Part shown: positions 46,880 through 60,360 of the stretch, in pieces | Numbering within the stretch: the first letter of the stretch is position 1 | Layout of the letters: each line of letters starts with the position of its first letter | Assembly (NCBI RefSeq): GCF_032444005.1 | Contig: NC_091283.1 | Coordinates: 492,218,001 to 492,282,000 of the forward strand | DNA: 64,000 nt | Direction of reading: 5' to 3' | From: Ranitomeya imitator | Taxonomy: Eukaryota | Notes under the pieces: generated by a model | Seen by the model: the letters and a program-made list of their open reading frames with translations, nothing else | What the model was told of the DNA's origin: nothing | The model's database searches: none | Program-made: the position numbers and the translations under genes

Positions 46880-49430
46880 TTAAGATTGACATTTCTGCTA
46901 GAGTGCCATCCCTGTCTGTGTCATCTCTCACTCAGTGGGCCATAGAAAGCCTATTTATTTTTTTGCTTGATTTGGGTTATAAAATCTACCTGAAAAAATC
47001 ACTACATCAATCAGTGGGAGAAAAATATTGGCCTCAGGGCTTGTGTGCCACTCTTGACTCCTGTGTGCATCATCACTCACTCAGTGGGCCATAGAAAGCC
47101 TATTTATTTTTTTGCTTGATTTTGGTTCTAAAATCTACCTGAAAAAATCACTACATCAATCAGTGGGAGAAAAATATTGGCCTCAGGGCTTGTGTGCCAC
47201 TCCTGACTCCTGTGTGCATCATCACTCACTCAGTGGGCCATAGAAAGCCCATTTTTTTTTTTTTTTGCTTTATTTGGGTTCTAAATTCTACCTGAAAAAA
47301 TCAATAAATCAATCAGTGGGAGATTAATATTGGCCTTTGGGCTTGTGTGCCAGTCCTAAGCGTGCCAACTCTCTCTCTCAGATAGTGGGCCATAGAAAGC
47401 CTATTTATTTTTATTTTTTTTTAATGGGTTTATAAATTTTCCCTGGAAAAAAAAAAAAAGTGGGAGATTAATATTGGCCTCTGGGCTTGTGTGCCAGTCC
47501 TGAGCGTGCCATCTCTCTCACAAATAGTGGGCCATAGAAAGCCTATTTATTTATTTTTTTTTGGTTTTATAAATTCTCCCTTAAAAAAAAAGGGAGATTA
47601 ATATTGGCCTTTGGGCTTGTGTGCCAGTCCTAAGCGTGCCATCTCTCTCTCTCAGATAGTGGGCCATAGAAAGCCTATTTATTTATTTATTTTTTTAATG
47701 GGTTTATAAATTTTCCCTGGAAAAAAAAAAAAAAAGTGGGAGATTAATATTGGCCTCTGGGCTTGTGTGCCAGTCCTGAGCGTGCCATCTCTCTCACAAA
47801 TAGTGGGCCATAGAAAGCCTATTTATTTTTTTTTTTTTGGTTTTATAAATTCTCCCTTAAAAAAAAAGGGAGATTAATATTGGCCTTTGGGCTTGTGTGC
47901 CAGTCCTAAGCGTGCCATCTCTCTCTGTCTCTCAGATAGTGGGCCATAGAAAGCCTATTTATTATTTTTTTTATTGGGTTTATAAATTTTCCCTGGAACA
48001 AAAAAAAAAAGTGGGAGATAAATATTGGCCTCTGGGCTTGTGTGCCACTCCTGACTCCTGTGTGCGTCATCTCTCACTCAGTGGGCCATAGAAAGCCTTT
48101 TTTTGTTTTATTTGTTTTCTAAATTCTCCCTGAAAAAATAATTTTATTTTCTTTGGTTTCTAAATTCTTCCTGAAAAAATCATTTGATTCTATTTTTTTT
48201 TTCCTAAAGTCTCCCTGAAAAAAAAACAACAAAAAACAAATCAGTGGGAGATTAATATTGCCCTTTCTGCTTGTGTGCCAGTCTTGACTCCTGGGTGTGC
48301 CATCTCTCTCTCTCTCTCCAATTGTGGGCCATAGAAAGCCTATTATTTTTTTAGCTTGATTTGGGTTCCAAAATCTACCTGAAAAAATCACTACATCAAT
48401 CAGTGGGAGATAAATATTGGCCTCTGGGCTTGTGTGCCACTCCTGACTCCTGTGTGCGTCATCTCTCACTCAGTGGGCCATAGAAAGCCTTTTTTTGTTT
48501 TATTTCTTTTCTAAATTCTCCCTGAAAAAATCATTTTATTTTCTTTGGTTTCTAAATTCTTCCTGAAAAAATCATTTTATTCTATTTTTTTTTTCTAAAG
48601 TCTCCCTGAAAAAAAAACAAAAAAAAAACAAATCAGTGGGAGATTAATATTGCCCTTTCTGCTTGTGTGCCAGTCTTGACTCCTGGGTGTGCCATCTCTC
48701 TCTCTCTCTCCAATTGTGGGCCATAGAAAGCCTATTTTTTTTTAGCTTGATTTGGGTTCCAAAATCTACCTGAAAAAATCACTACATCAATCAGTGGGAG
48801 ATAAATATTGGCCTTTGGGCTTGTGTGCCACTCCTGACTCCTGTGTGCGTCATCTCTCACTCAGTGGGCCATAGAAAGCCTTTTTTTGTTTTATTTGTTT
48901 TCTAAATTCTCCCTGAAAAAATCATTTTATTTTATTTGGTTTCTAAATTCTTCCTGAAAAAATCATTTTATTCTATTTTTTTTTCCCTAAAGTCTCCCTG
49001 AAAAAAAAATAAAAAAAAAAAATCAGTGGGAGATTAATATTGCCCTTTCTGCTTGTGTGCCAGTCTTGACTCCTGGGTGTGCCATCTCTCTCTCTCTCCA
49101 ATTGTGGGCCATAGAAAGCCTATTATTTTTTTTAGCTTGATTTGGGTTCCAAAATCTACCTGAAAAAATCACTACATCAATCAGTGGGAGATAAATATTG
49201 GCCTCTGGGCTTGTGTGCCACTCCTGACTCCTGTGTGCGTCATCTCTCACTCAGTGGGCCATAGAAAGCCTTTTTTTGTTTTATTTGTTTTCTAAATTCT
49301 CCCTGAAAAAATCATTTTATTTTATTTGGTTTCTAAATTCTTCCTGAAAAAATCATTTTATTCTATTATTTTTTTTTCCTAAAGTCTCCCTTAAAAAAAA
49401 AAAAAAATCAAATCAGTGGGAGATTAATAT
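46880..49430. repeat. Complex tandem array in the 5' region of hAT C (short units with higher-order repeats)
   Basis: Recurring AGTGGGCCATAGAAAGCC and AGTGGGAGATTAATATTG with poly-T/poly-A tracts. Confidence 0.9.
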
Positions 49431-49639
49431 TTACATTTGTGCTTCAGTGACAGTCCTGCGTGTGTGGCATCTCTCTCATTTGTTGCCACCAACAACAGAG
49501 TGTGTAACATTGTGCCTGATTTTCGTTGTGGTCTCACTCACCTGTAAAGGGGTAGCTAAATCATACTGAAGTTATAGCTCACCGTGTAATTTGTGTGACA
49601 GCAACAAATACCGTTAGTTTGTTTACGTTTTTTAAAACA

Positions 49640-52600
49640 ATGAGGAAGTATGGTGGAAGAGGTCGTGGCCGGGGGCGTTCATTGTCAGCTGGTAATGAGG
49701 GTAGTGGTAGGTGGAGCATCAGCTGGTCGTGGGAAAAAAAATATTGCACCTAAGTCTGGAGCTGTGGAGCCAGGTTCGTCGTCTGGCTACACAAGGCCTC
49801 GAACGCTCCCTTTTCTGGGAGTAGGAAAACCGCTTTTAAAGCCGGAGCAGCAAGAGCAAGTTTTGGCTTATCTTGCTGACTCAGCCTCTAGCTCTTTTGC
49901 CTCCTCTCGTGAAACTGGTAAATGTCAAAGCAGCGCGTCGTTAGTGGATGTTCACGGTCAGGGACAAGTCGCTTCCTTGTCCTCTTCAGCAAAAATAACA
50001 ACAGAGAAGAATGCAGCAGGCGACACAACGGGTTACTCCATGGAGCTCTTTACACATACCGTCCCTGGCTTAGAAAGTGAAGCAGTTAACAGTCCATGCC
50101 CATTACAAGTTGAATCTGACATGGAGTGCACTGATGCACAGCCACAGCCAGACTACTATGCTGGTTCTTTGACTCAGACCACAACATTGCCCTCGCAGGG
50201 TGCTGATCAAGAATCAGACCCTGATGAGACTATGTTGCCCCATCACGAACGCTATACCACCGACCGACACGGTGACACAGACGAAGTTGCACACGAGCTA
50301 CAAGAAGAGGTAATAGATGACCCAGTTCTTGACCCCGATTGGCAGCCATTGGGGGAACAGGGTGCAGGCGGCAGCAGTTCTGAAGCGGAGGAGGAGGGGC
50401 CACAGCAGGCATCAACATCGCAACAGGTTCCATCTGCCGGGCCCGTATCTTGCCCAAAACGCGTGGCAAAGCCAAAACCTGTTGGAGGACAGCGTGGCCA
50501 TCCGGTTAAAGCTCAGTCTGCAATGCCTGAAAAGGTATCCGATGCTAGAAAGAGTGCAGTCTGGCATTTTTTTAAACAACATCCAATTGATCAGCGCAAA
50601 GTCATCTGTCAAAAATGTTCAACTACCTTAAGCAGAGGACAGAATCTGAAAAGTCTCAATACAAGTTGCATGCATAGACATTTAACCACCATGCATTTGC
50701 AAGCCTGGACTAACTACCAAACGTCCCTTAAGGTTGTAGCACCCTCGGCCAATGAAGCTAGTCAGCAACGCAACATCCCTTCCGGCAGTGTAGGGCCACC
50801 ATTTTCCGCACCACCTGCAGTATCTGTGCAGGTTTCTTTGCCAGGCCAAAGCAGTCAGGGTCAGGGAATCACCAGTTTCGTAGTAGGAAACACTGCATCT
50901 AGGGCACCGGTGGCAACAATACCATCTCCCACCGTCTCTCAGTCTGCCATGTCCACCGGCACCCCCGCTAGTTCCACGATCTCCAGCTCTCCAGTCCAGC
51001 TCACCCTACATGAGACTATGGTTAGAAAAAGGAAGTACTTAGCCTCGCATCCGCGTAAACAGGGTTTGAACGCACACATAGCTAGACTAATCTCGTTAGA
51101 GATGATGCCCTACCGGTTAGTTGAAAGCGAAGCTTTCAAAGCCCTGATGGACTACGCTGTACCACGCTACGAGCTACCCAGTCGACACTTTTTTTCCAGA
51201 AAAGCCATCCCAGCCCTCCACCAGCATGTTAAAGAGCGCATCGTCCATGCACTCAGGCAATCTGTGAGCACAAAGGTGCACCTGACAACAGATGCATGGA
51301 CCAGTAGGCATGGCCAGGGACGTTACGTGTCCATCACGGCACACTGGGTAAATGTGGTGGATGCAGGGTCCACAGGGGACAGCAAGTTTGGGACAGTTCT
51401 GCCTAGCCCACGGTCTAGGAAACAATTGGCTGTAGCCGTTCGCACCCCCTCCTCCTCCTCTTCGTCCTCCTGCAGAAGCGAGAGCTCGTCCACAGACTGG
51501 CAAACGTCAGCAGGCTGTATTGGCTATGAAGTGTTTGGGCGACAACAGACACACCGCGGAAGTTCTGTCCGAGTTCTTGCAGAAAGAAACGCAGTCATGG
51601 CTGGGCACTGTAGATCTTGAGGCAGGCAAGGTAGTGAGTGATAACGGAAGGAATTTCATGGCTGCCATCTCCCTTTCCCAACTGAAACACATTCCTTGCC
51701 TGGCTCACACCTTAAACCTGGTGGTGCAGTGCTTCCTGAAAAGTTATCCGGGGTTATCCGACCTGCTCCTCAAAGTGCGTGGACTTTGCTCACATATCCG
51801 CCGTTCGCCCGTACACTCCAGCCGTATGCAGACCTATCAGCGTTCTTTGAACCTTCCCCAGCATCGCCTAATCATAGACGTTGCAACAAGGTGGAACTCA
51901 ACACTGCACATGCTTCAGAGACTGTGTGAACAGAGGCGGGCTGTTATGTTTTTGTGGGAGGATACACATACACGGGCAGGCAGTAGGATGGCAGACATGG
52001 AGTTGTCAGGTGTGCAGTGGTCGAAGATTCAAGACATGTGCCAAGTCCTTCAGTGTTTTGAGGAATGCACACGGCTGGTTAGTGCAGACAACGCCATAAT
52101 AAGCATGAGCATCCCCCTAATGCGTCTGCTGATGCAAAGTTTGACGCACATAAAGGATCAGGCGTCTGCAGCTGAGGAAGAGGAAAGCCTTGATGACAGT
52201 CAGCCATTGTCTGGCCAGGGCAGTGTACAGGACGAGGTAGCGGGCGAAGAGGAGGAGGAGGACGAGGAGGATGATGGGGATGATTATATTTTTAATGAGG
52301 AAGCTTTTCCGGGGCCACTGGAAATTGGTGGCGCGGCAAGGCCGGGTTCTGGTTTTTTGAGGGACACAAGTGACGTGGATTTGCCTGAAACTGCCCCTCA
52401 ACCAAGCACAACCGCAGATTTGAGAACTGGAACTTTGGCCCACATGGCGGATTATGCCTTACGTATCCTCAAAAGGGACACACGCATAACTAAAATGATG
52501 AATGATGACGATTACTGGTTGGCCTGCCTCCTTGATCCTCGCTATAAAGGCAAATTGCAAAATATAATGCCACATGAGAACTTGGAACTAATATTAGCAA

Positions 52601-53136
52601 CCAAACAATCAACTCTTGTTGACCGTTTGCTTCTGGCATTCCCTGCACACAGCGCCCGTGATCGTTCTCACACGAGCTGCAGGGGCCAGCAGACCAGAGG
52701 AGTTAGAGGGGCAGAAATCAGAAGTGGCGTTGGCCAGAGGGGTTTTCTGACCAGGTTGTGGAGTGATTTTGCTATGACCGCAGACAGGACAGGTACTGCA
52801 GCATCAATTCAAAGTGACAGGAGACAACATTTGTCCAGTATGGTTACAAACTATTTTTCATCCCTTATCGATGTTCTCCCTCAACCGTCATTCCCATTTG
52901 ATTACTGGGCATCAAAATTAGACACCTGGCCAGAATTGGCAGAATATGCATTGCAGGAGCTTGCTTGCCCGGCAGCTAGTGTCCTATCAGAAAGAGTATT
53001 CAGTGCTGCAGGTTCAATACTAACAGAAAAAAGGACTCGTCTGGCTACCCAAAATGTAGATGATCTAACCTTCATTAAAATGAACCACAACTGGATTTCG
53101 AAATCTTTTGCCCCACCTTGCCCGGCTGACACCTAG
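49640..53136 (+). pseudogene. hAT transposase (BED finger, DDE RNase-H fold, dimerisation domain), broken by two frame changes
   Basis: ATG 49640 MRKYGGRGRGRG, frame slip near 49710; BED AVWHFF..C..C...RHLTTMH; TTDAW, VSDNG, CLAH, TRWNS, LDPR, SERVFS, LTFIKMN; frame change near 51495 between ORFs 49650-51620 and 51520-53136. Confidence 0.92.
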
Positions 53137-53607
53137 CTTTCCTATGAAAAGGTCTTGCCTGTGGACTATTCTGAATGCCTTTTCCAATCTCGTAATTTTC
53201 TGCACCTGATTGTCCAGCATACGACATGTTTACACCTCACTAAATGGCCAAACTCCCCACACGGGGCCGTGGTATCGACACTTGGCGACAGCACCCGTGA
53301 GAGTGCAGTTTGTCTGAAGAGGTGGGTGAGCCCGCTTTTGGTCGACGGCACTGCCACTGGGTCCCTCCTAGTACAATAAAGTGTCTCTGGCGGTGGTGGT
53401 GCGCACCCAACGTCAGACACACCGTTGTAATATGAGGGGCCCTGGGCCTGTACCGCCGGCCACAAGACAGTTTCCCCCCACCCCAGCTCAAACAGTGCTC
53501 TACCACTTGCAAAATTATCTCACAGCTCCACCAATGTTTAGTCTATGCGCTGACATCCTTCAATGCCTGCCACTGACAATACCATTGTATTGACATTTTT
53601 GTTATGT

Positions 53608-54525
53608 TAGGCCTTCGATGCCTGTCTGTGGTCACTCCTTCCACTAGGCCTCCACTGACCACACCACTGCTGCCCGTGTACCCCTGTAACCAATTTAAAA
53701 TTGCCTACAGCCATGTGTTATTATTTTAGGCCTTCGATGCCTGTCTGCGGTCACTCCTTCCACTAGGCCTCCACTGACCACACCACTGCTGCCCGTGTAC
53801 CCCTGTAACCAATTTAAAATTGCCTACAGCCATGTGTTATTATTTTAGGCCTTCGATGCCTGTCTGCGGTGACTCCTTCCACTAGGCCTCCACTGACCAC
53901 ACCACTGCTGCCCGTGTACCCCTGGAACCAATTTAAAATTGCCTACAGCCATGTGTTATTATTTTAGGCCTTCGATGCCTGTCTGCGGTCACTCCTTCCA
54001 CTAGGCCTCCACTGACCACACCACTGCTGCCCGTGTACCCCTGGAACCAATTTAAAATTGCCTACAGCCATGTGTTATTATTTTAGGCCTTCGATGCCTG
54101 TCTGCGGTCACTCCTTCCACTAGGCCTCCACTGACCACACCACTGCTGCCCGTGTACCCCTGTAGCCAATTTAAAATTGCCTACAGCCATGTGTTATTAT
54201 TTTAGGCCTTCGATGCCTGTCTGCGGTGACTCCTTCCACTAGGCCTCCACTGACCACACCACTGCTGCCCGTGTACCCCTGGAACCAATTTAAAATTGCC
54301 TACAGCCATGTGTTATTATTTTAGGCCTTCGATGCCTGTCTGCGGTCACTCCTTCCACTAGGCCTCCACTGACCACACCACTGCTGCCCGTGTACCCCTG
54401 GAACCAATTTAAAATTGCCTACAGCCATGTGTTATTATTTTAGGCCTTCGATGCCTGTCTGCGGTCACTCCTTCCACTAGGCCTCCACTGACCACACCAC
54501 TGCTGCCCGTGTACCCCTGGAACCA
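53608..54525. repeat. Tandem array of 119-bp units (about 7.7 near-identical copies)
   Basis: TAGGCCTTCGATGCC at 53608, 53727, 53846 ... 54441. Confidence 0.95.
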
Positions 54526-54984
54526 ACATCAGAAAATATAAAAATAAGTATTTTGCTTATAAAAAAGAAAATACTGGAGAGATATCAAATGCAGACATTT
54601 TAACATTAAAAACAAACACATACAACAAAAATCTGGTACAGTACTAAAAATGGCCACCAGCTACAATAACTTTCTCCTGCAAGTAGTTAACTGAAAGGTT
54701 TTTTCAATTTTAAACACAGATATGGCATCCACCGAGTGTTGTCCTGTCGCGTCTTCTTTATATTATTGCCAAGAAGATGCAAAACAATGAAAATAATAAA
54801 ATCATTATTTACCAAAAAAATAGAGTAAGTCAAAACCACATTGCAAATAAACATTCATTACAAATAAAGAAGCAGGGCGCGTCCGAGGGTGAGTATATAC
54901 CTAATAAGAATATAATCACCCTCGGACGCGCCCTGCTTCTTTCCGACAGCCTTCCTTCCTAAGAATCAGCCCTTCCGTGGTGTA

Positions 54985-56400
54985 GAGAGAGGGTTTGTTA
55001 CACTCCAAGGTGTTCCCCAGGTTGCCTTTCCTGAGCTTCGATCTTCCGGCTCTCGTTTAGTAGTTGTTGGAAACTACGCTGCATTAGGCCTACAAATTGG
55101 GTATGGGGTGTAGAGAGATGGTGTGTTACACTCCAAGGTGTTCCCCAGGTTTCCTCTCCATTGCTTCGATCTTCCGGCTCTCGTTTAGTAGTTGTTGGAA
55201 ACTACGCTGCATTAGGCCTACAAATTGGGTATGGGGTGTAGAGAGATGGTGTGTTACACTCCAAGGTGTTCCCCAGGTTTCCTCTCCATTGCTTCGATCT
55301 TCCGGCTCTCGTTTAGTAGTTGTTGGAAACTACGCTGCATTGGGCCTACAAATTGGGTATGGGGTGTAGAGAGATGGTGTGTTCCACTCCAAGGTGTTCT
55401 CCAGGTTGCCTTTCCTGAGCTTCGATCTTCCGGCTCTCGTTTAGTAGTTGTTGGAAACTACGCTGCATTAGGCCTACAAATTGGGTATGGGGTGTAGAGA
55501 GATGGTGTGTTCCACTGTAGAGAGATGGTGTGTTCCACTCCAAGGTGTTCCCCAGGTTTCCTCGCCAATGCTTCGATCATCATGCTCTCGTTTAGTAGTT
55601 GTTGGAAACTACGCTGCATTAGGCCTACAAATTGGGTATGGGGTGTAGAGAGATGGTGTGTTACACTCCAAGGTGTTCCCCAGGTTTCCTCTCCATTGCT
55701 TCGATCTTCCGGCTCTCGTTTAGTAGTTGTTGGAAACTACGCTGCATTAGGCCTACAAATTGGGTATGGGGTGTAGAGAGATGGTGTGTTCCACTGTAGA
55801 GAGATGGTGTGTTCCACTCCAAGGTGTTCTCCAGGTTGCCTTTCCTGAGCTTCGATCTTCCGGCTCTCATTTAGTAGTTGTTGGAAACTACGCTGCATTA
55901 GGCCTACAAATTGGGTATGGGGTGTAGAGAGATGGTGTGTTCCACTGTAGAGAGATGGTGTGTTCCACTCCAAGGTGTTCCCCAGGTTTCCTCGCCAATG
56001 CTTCGATCATCATGCTCTCGTTTAGTAGTTGTTGGAAACTACGCTGCATTAGGCCTACAAATTGGGTATGGGGTGTAGAGAGATGGTGTGTTACACTCCA
56101 AGGTGTTCCCCAGGTTTCCTCTCCATTGCTTCGATCTTCCGGCTCTCGTTTAGTAGTTGTTGGAAACTACGCTGCATTAGGCCTACAAATTGGGTATGGG
56201 GTGTAGAGAGATGGTGTGTTCCACTGTAGAGAGATGGTGTGTTCCACTCCAAGGTGTTCCCCAGGTTTCCTCGCCAATGCTTCGATCATCATGCTCTCGT
56301 TTAGTAGTTGTTGGAAACTACGCTGCATTAGACCTACAAATTGGGTATGGGGTGTAGAGAGATGGTGTGTTCCACTCCAAGGTGTTCTCCAGGTTGCCTT
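54985..56400. repeat. Tandem array of 128/151-bp units (about 11 copies)
   Basis: GGAAACTACGCTGCATT spaced 128 or 151 bp; the long unit has a 23-bp internal duplication. Confidence 0.95.
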
Positions 56401-57938
56401 TCCTGAACTTCTATCTTCAGGCTCTCATTAAATTGTGGTTAAACGGAACAACTGCATTTGGCGTACTAGTTGGTTTGGGGCCTACTATCGGTGTCTGCCG
56501 CTCCTTGCTGTTCTCCTGGTTTCCTGTCCTGAAATTCCGTTTTCAGGCGCTCGTTAAGTAGTTGTTAATGTTAGACTGCATTTGGCCTACTAGTTGGGTT
56601 GGGGCCTACTATCGGTGTCTGCCACTCCTTGCTGTTCTCCTCCACTGAACAAAGCTGTGCCGCCTGTTTACTACTGTTGCCAATTTTGAACTGCATTTCG
56701 ACTACTTACTGATTTGGGCCTACTCTCTGTGTCAGCCTCTCATTCCAGTTGTCCTCCACTGCAATGCCCCCTGATTAGTCCTGTGTTACCAATTTTGAAC
56801 TGCATTTAGCCCACTTTATTCTTTGGGCCTATATCTGTGTTTCCTCCTCATCCTGCCCATTGCCCAGCCAGTGATAGATGAGTCTGCTGGTACATTGACC
56901 CATAACGCAACATTTCCCGTGCACGCTACACTGCAAGATTGTGACCCTGCTGAAAGTCAGGTCCCCCTTCCCGCATACCATACCACCTTACACGGGGACA
57001 AACAGGAAGGTGCAGATGAAAGTGCAGGTTCCTTCATCAGGTGGGGGGAGGAATACTAGTTGGCGACGTCACTGGCACAGGGCCTCTCATGGTACGCAAA
57101 AGTGTTGCTGCCGGTGGGAGGCGCCCCCGCCGTGCAAACACACCGCTGTACTTTGAGGGGCCCTGTGCCAGTGCCAATGCCAACGAGTGGGCCCCCCCTG
57201 CTTGCTCAGGTTCACAGCACTTGCAAAGTTGAAATACTTACCTCTCCCTGCTCCACTGCCGTGACGTGGTCCAGATTTCCTGGGCCCACTAATTACTTGA
57301 ACCAGCCCTACCCACCACAACTTTAGCCAAATGACCCCCAATTTCAAATGCCTTCCAATTATTATAAGGTAAATTACGCTTGACAAGCTTCATTAAGAAG
57401 AATGGATGGTTTTGACATTAAAATGGGCACTCTAGGTGTTTTCCTGGCCCCCACTCACTGCCGACTATGCTGCCCCATTGACTTGCATTGGGTTTCGTGT
57501 TTCGGTCGATCCCGACTTTACGTCATAATCGGCCGATTTCACTCGACCCGACTTTTGAGATAGTCGGGTTTCGCGAAACCCGGCTCGACTCTAAAAAGGT
57601 CAAGGTCGCTCAACTCTAGTACTATTATATCACTATATTGTATCTATCATACAGCTCTATAGTGTACTATTATATTACTATATTGCATCCATCATACAGG
57701 TCTATAGTATACTATTATATCACTATATTGTATCCATCATACAGCCCCTATAGTGTACTATTATATTACTACATTGCATCCATCATACAGCTTTATAGTG
57801 TACTATTATGTCACTATATTGCATCCATCATACTGCTCTATAGTGTACTATTATATCACTATATTGCATCCATCATACAGCCCTATAGTATACTATTATA
57901 TCACTATATTGTACCCCTTACACAGCTCTATAGTATAC

Positions 57939-57939
<1 letters not shown>

Positions 57940-57969
<30 letters not shown>

Positions 57970-59295
57970 CATTGTTATAGCTCCATTTATTCTATGGCTA
58001 TTTACACATGAAAGGGGCAAATATAGACAAATACAATAGACATGAGCAATACAAGGCACACACAAGTACAGACGGAGAGAGGACCCTACCCGCGAGGGCT
58101 CACAGTCTACAGGGGAGGATACACTAGGAGAGGGTAGAGCTGGTCGTGCGGCGGTTCAGCAGACTAACGATCACTGCAGGTTGTAGGCTTGTCGGAAGAG
58201 GTGAGTCTTCAGGTTCTTTTTGAAGGTTTCTATGGTAGGCGAGAGTCTGATGTGTGGAGGTAGAGAGTTCCAGAGTATGGGAGAAGCACAGGAGAAGTCT
58301 TGTATGCAGTTGTGAGAAGAAGAGATAAGAGGGGAGTAGAGAAGGAGATCTTGAGAGGATTGATGGTTGCATTTGGGTAAGTACCGGGAGACCATGTCAC
58401 AGATGTATGAAGGAGACAGGTTATGGATGGCTTTGTATGTCATAGTTAGGGTTATGAACTGGAGCTTCTGGACAACAGGAAGCCAGTGAAGGGCTTGGCA
58501 GAGAGAAAATGCTGGGGAAAAACGGGGAGACAGGTGGATTAGTCGGACAGCAGAGTATAGGATGGATTGGAGTGGTGCCAGAGTGCTAGAGGGGAGGCCA
58601 GAGAGTAGGTCAGAGAGTAGGAGGTTGCAGTAGTCGAGGCGGGAGATGATAAGGGCATGCACTAGCGTTTTTGTGGTTTCATGGTCAAGGAATGCACGGA
58701 TCCGGGAAATGTTTTTGAGTTTGAGTCGGCAGAAGGAGGCAAGGGCTTGGATATTTGGCTTGAAAGAGAGGGCAGAGTCGAGGATCACCCCGAGGCACCG
58801 AGAGTGTGGGACTGAGGAAAGTGAGCAGCCATTGACATTGATGGATAGGTCTCGTGGAGGGGTAGAGTGAGATGGGGAAAGATGATGAAATCTGTTTTGT
58901 CCATGTTCAGTTTTAGAAAATGAGCAAAAAAGAAAGCTGAAATAGCAGACACACATTGTGGGATTTCGGTCAGTAAGGAGGTGAGGTCAGGTCCGGACAG
59001 GTAGATCTGCGTGTCATCGGCATAGAGATGATACTGCAAACCGTGGGATTCTATGAGCTGTCCCAAGCCGAAGGTGTAGATGGAGAAGAGCAGGGGCCCT
59101 AGGATTGAGCCTTGGGGAACACTGACAGACAGGGGGCGAGGTGAGGAGGTGGTTTGGGAGAGGGAGACACTGAATGTTCGGTCTGTTAGATATGACAAGA
59201 TCCAGGATAGGCCCAAGTCTGTGATGCCAAGAGATGAGAGAATCTGTAACAGGAGGGAATGGTCGACAGTGTCGAAGGCAGAAGACAGGTCCAGG
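57940..59295 (-). mobile_element. 5'-truncated L2 LINE (RT and C-terminus, frameshifted)
   Basis: (TAA)n tail; [11 protein letters not shown] remnant, [48 protein letters not shown]. Confidence 0.92.
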
Positions 59296-59871
59296 ATTAT
59301 ATCACTATATTGTATACATTATACGGCTCTATAGTGTACTATTATATCACTATATTGTACCCATCATACAGCTCTATAGTATACTATTATATCAGTATAT
59401 TGTACTCATTATACAGCTCTATAGTATACTATTACACCACTATGTTGTATCCATCATACAGCTCTATGTGTGCTATTATATCACTATATTGCATTAATCA
59501 CCTAGTTTTGTCGTGTACTATTATATCATTATACTGTATCCATCATACAGCTCTATGGTATGTTATTATATCACTATATTGCATTAATAACCTAGTTTTA
59601 TGGTGTACTATATATCACTATACTGTATTAATCATTCAGCTCTATGGTATGCTTTTATATCACTATATTGTATTCACCACCTAGTTTTATGGTGTACTAT
59701 TATATCACTGTATTGTATTCATCATACAGCTCTGTAGGCTAATGGAAAAGGGAAAATTTGCACATCCATCCAGGAGGTTAAAATTCCTTTATTAGAAATT
59801 CATTAAAACAAGCAGATGCATGCAAAGATTAAAAAACTAACTTGCTTCTGGCACAACAAACGTCCTTAATC

Positions 59872-60360
59872 ACAGCACTCCAGAGTTCTTTTTTCAACCG
59901 CTGGAATGGCGTTTCAAATATAAGTCCCTGGTCATATACTCACCCCCTCTGGCGTCTTCATCGTTTTTCGGCGTCGCACCGTTCCCACGATCCCATCTTG
60001 TGAGCGCTGCTTCTGACTGCTCAGAAGTCACATCACAAGGGCTCAATTCAAACCTATGACAGCCAGAACGAGGTTCTCATAGACTTTTATTGAAAAGTGA
60101 CCTCCGCGAGTTCCATGAAACACTGGAGTTGCGGGCAGGTAACTTTTCACAGGAAACCCATGGGAGCAATGCTGGAATACTATGAAGACGGCGACAGGTG
60201 AGTATGAGACAGGGATCGGGGACTTGCATTTAATGCACCACTCTAGTATGCAATAAAAAGATGCTGGAGTGGATCTCTAACCCCATAGTGACAGAGCCAT
60301 ATTGGTACTTAATGACCAAGCCAATTTTTACAATTCAGACCACTGTCACTTTATGAGGTG
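59872..60360. mobile_element. Fragments of T2/Kolobok-type and piggyBac-like non-autonomous elements
   Basis: CACTCCAG ... CTGGAGTGGATCTC-TAA inverted ends; then TAACCCCATAGTGAC, resembling the TTAA-CCCC terminus at 9464. Confidence 0.4.

Larger units (their letters stand above)
46132..57618 (+). mobile_element. Full-length hAT DNA transposon C (11.5 kb)
   Basis: TIRs TAGGGTTGAGCGA / TCGCTCAACTCTA; perfect 8-bp TSD GTACTATT (46124-46131, 57619-57626); central transposase. Confidence 0.95.
45750..59735. repeat. AT-rich minisatellite, about 42-bp unit, in three pieces (45750-46131, 57619-57940, 59296-59735)
   Basis: TATCACTATATTGTATCCATCATACAGCTCTATAGTGTACTAT-type units, interrupted by hAT C and an L2. 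Confidence 0.85.

Noticed and set aside
49650-53136. Domesticated ZBED-type host gene or programmed frameshift
   Set aside because: It lies within intact TIRs and a TSD, has two frame breaks, and shows no slippery-site signal; a transposon pseudogene is the simpler reading.
21742-56400. CRISPR-like appearance of the regular 114-, 119- and 128-bp arrays
   Set aside because: Whole units repeat with no unique spacers, there are no cas genes, and all arrays lie inside eukaryotic hAT elements.
55097-59684. Repeated ORFs in the 128-bp array and Tyr/Ile-rich ORFs in the AT minisatellite
   Set aside because: Tandem-repeat artefacts with no domain signature.
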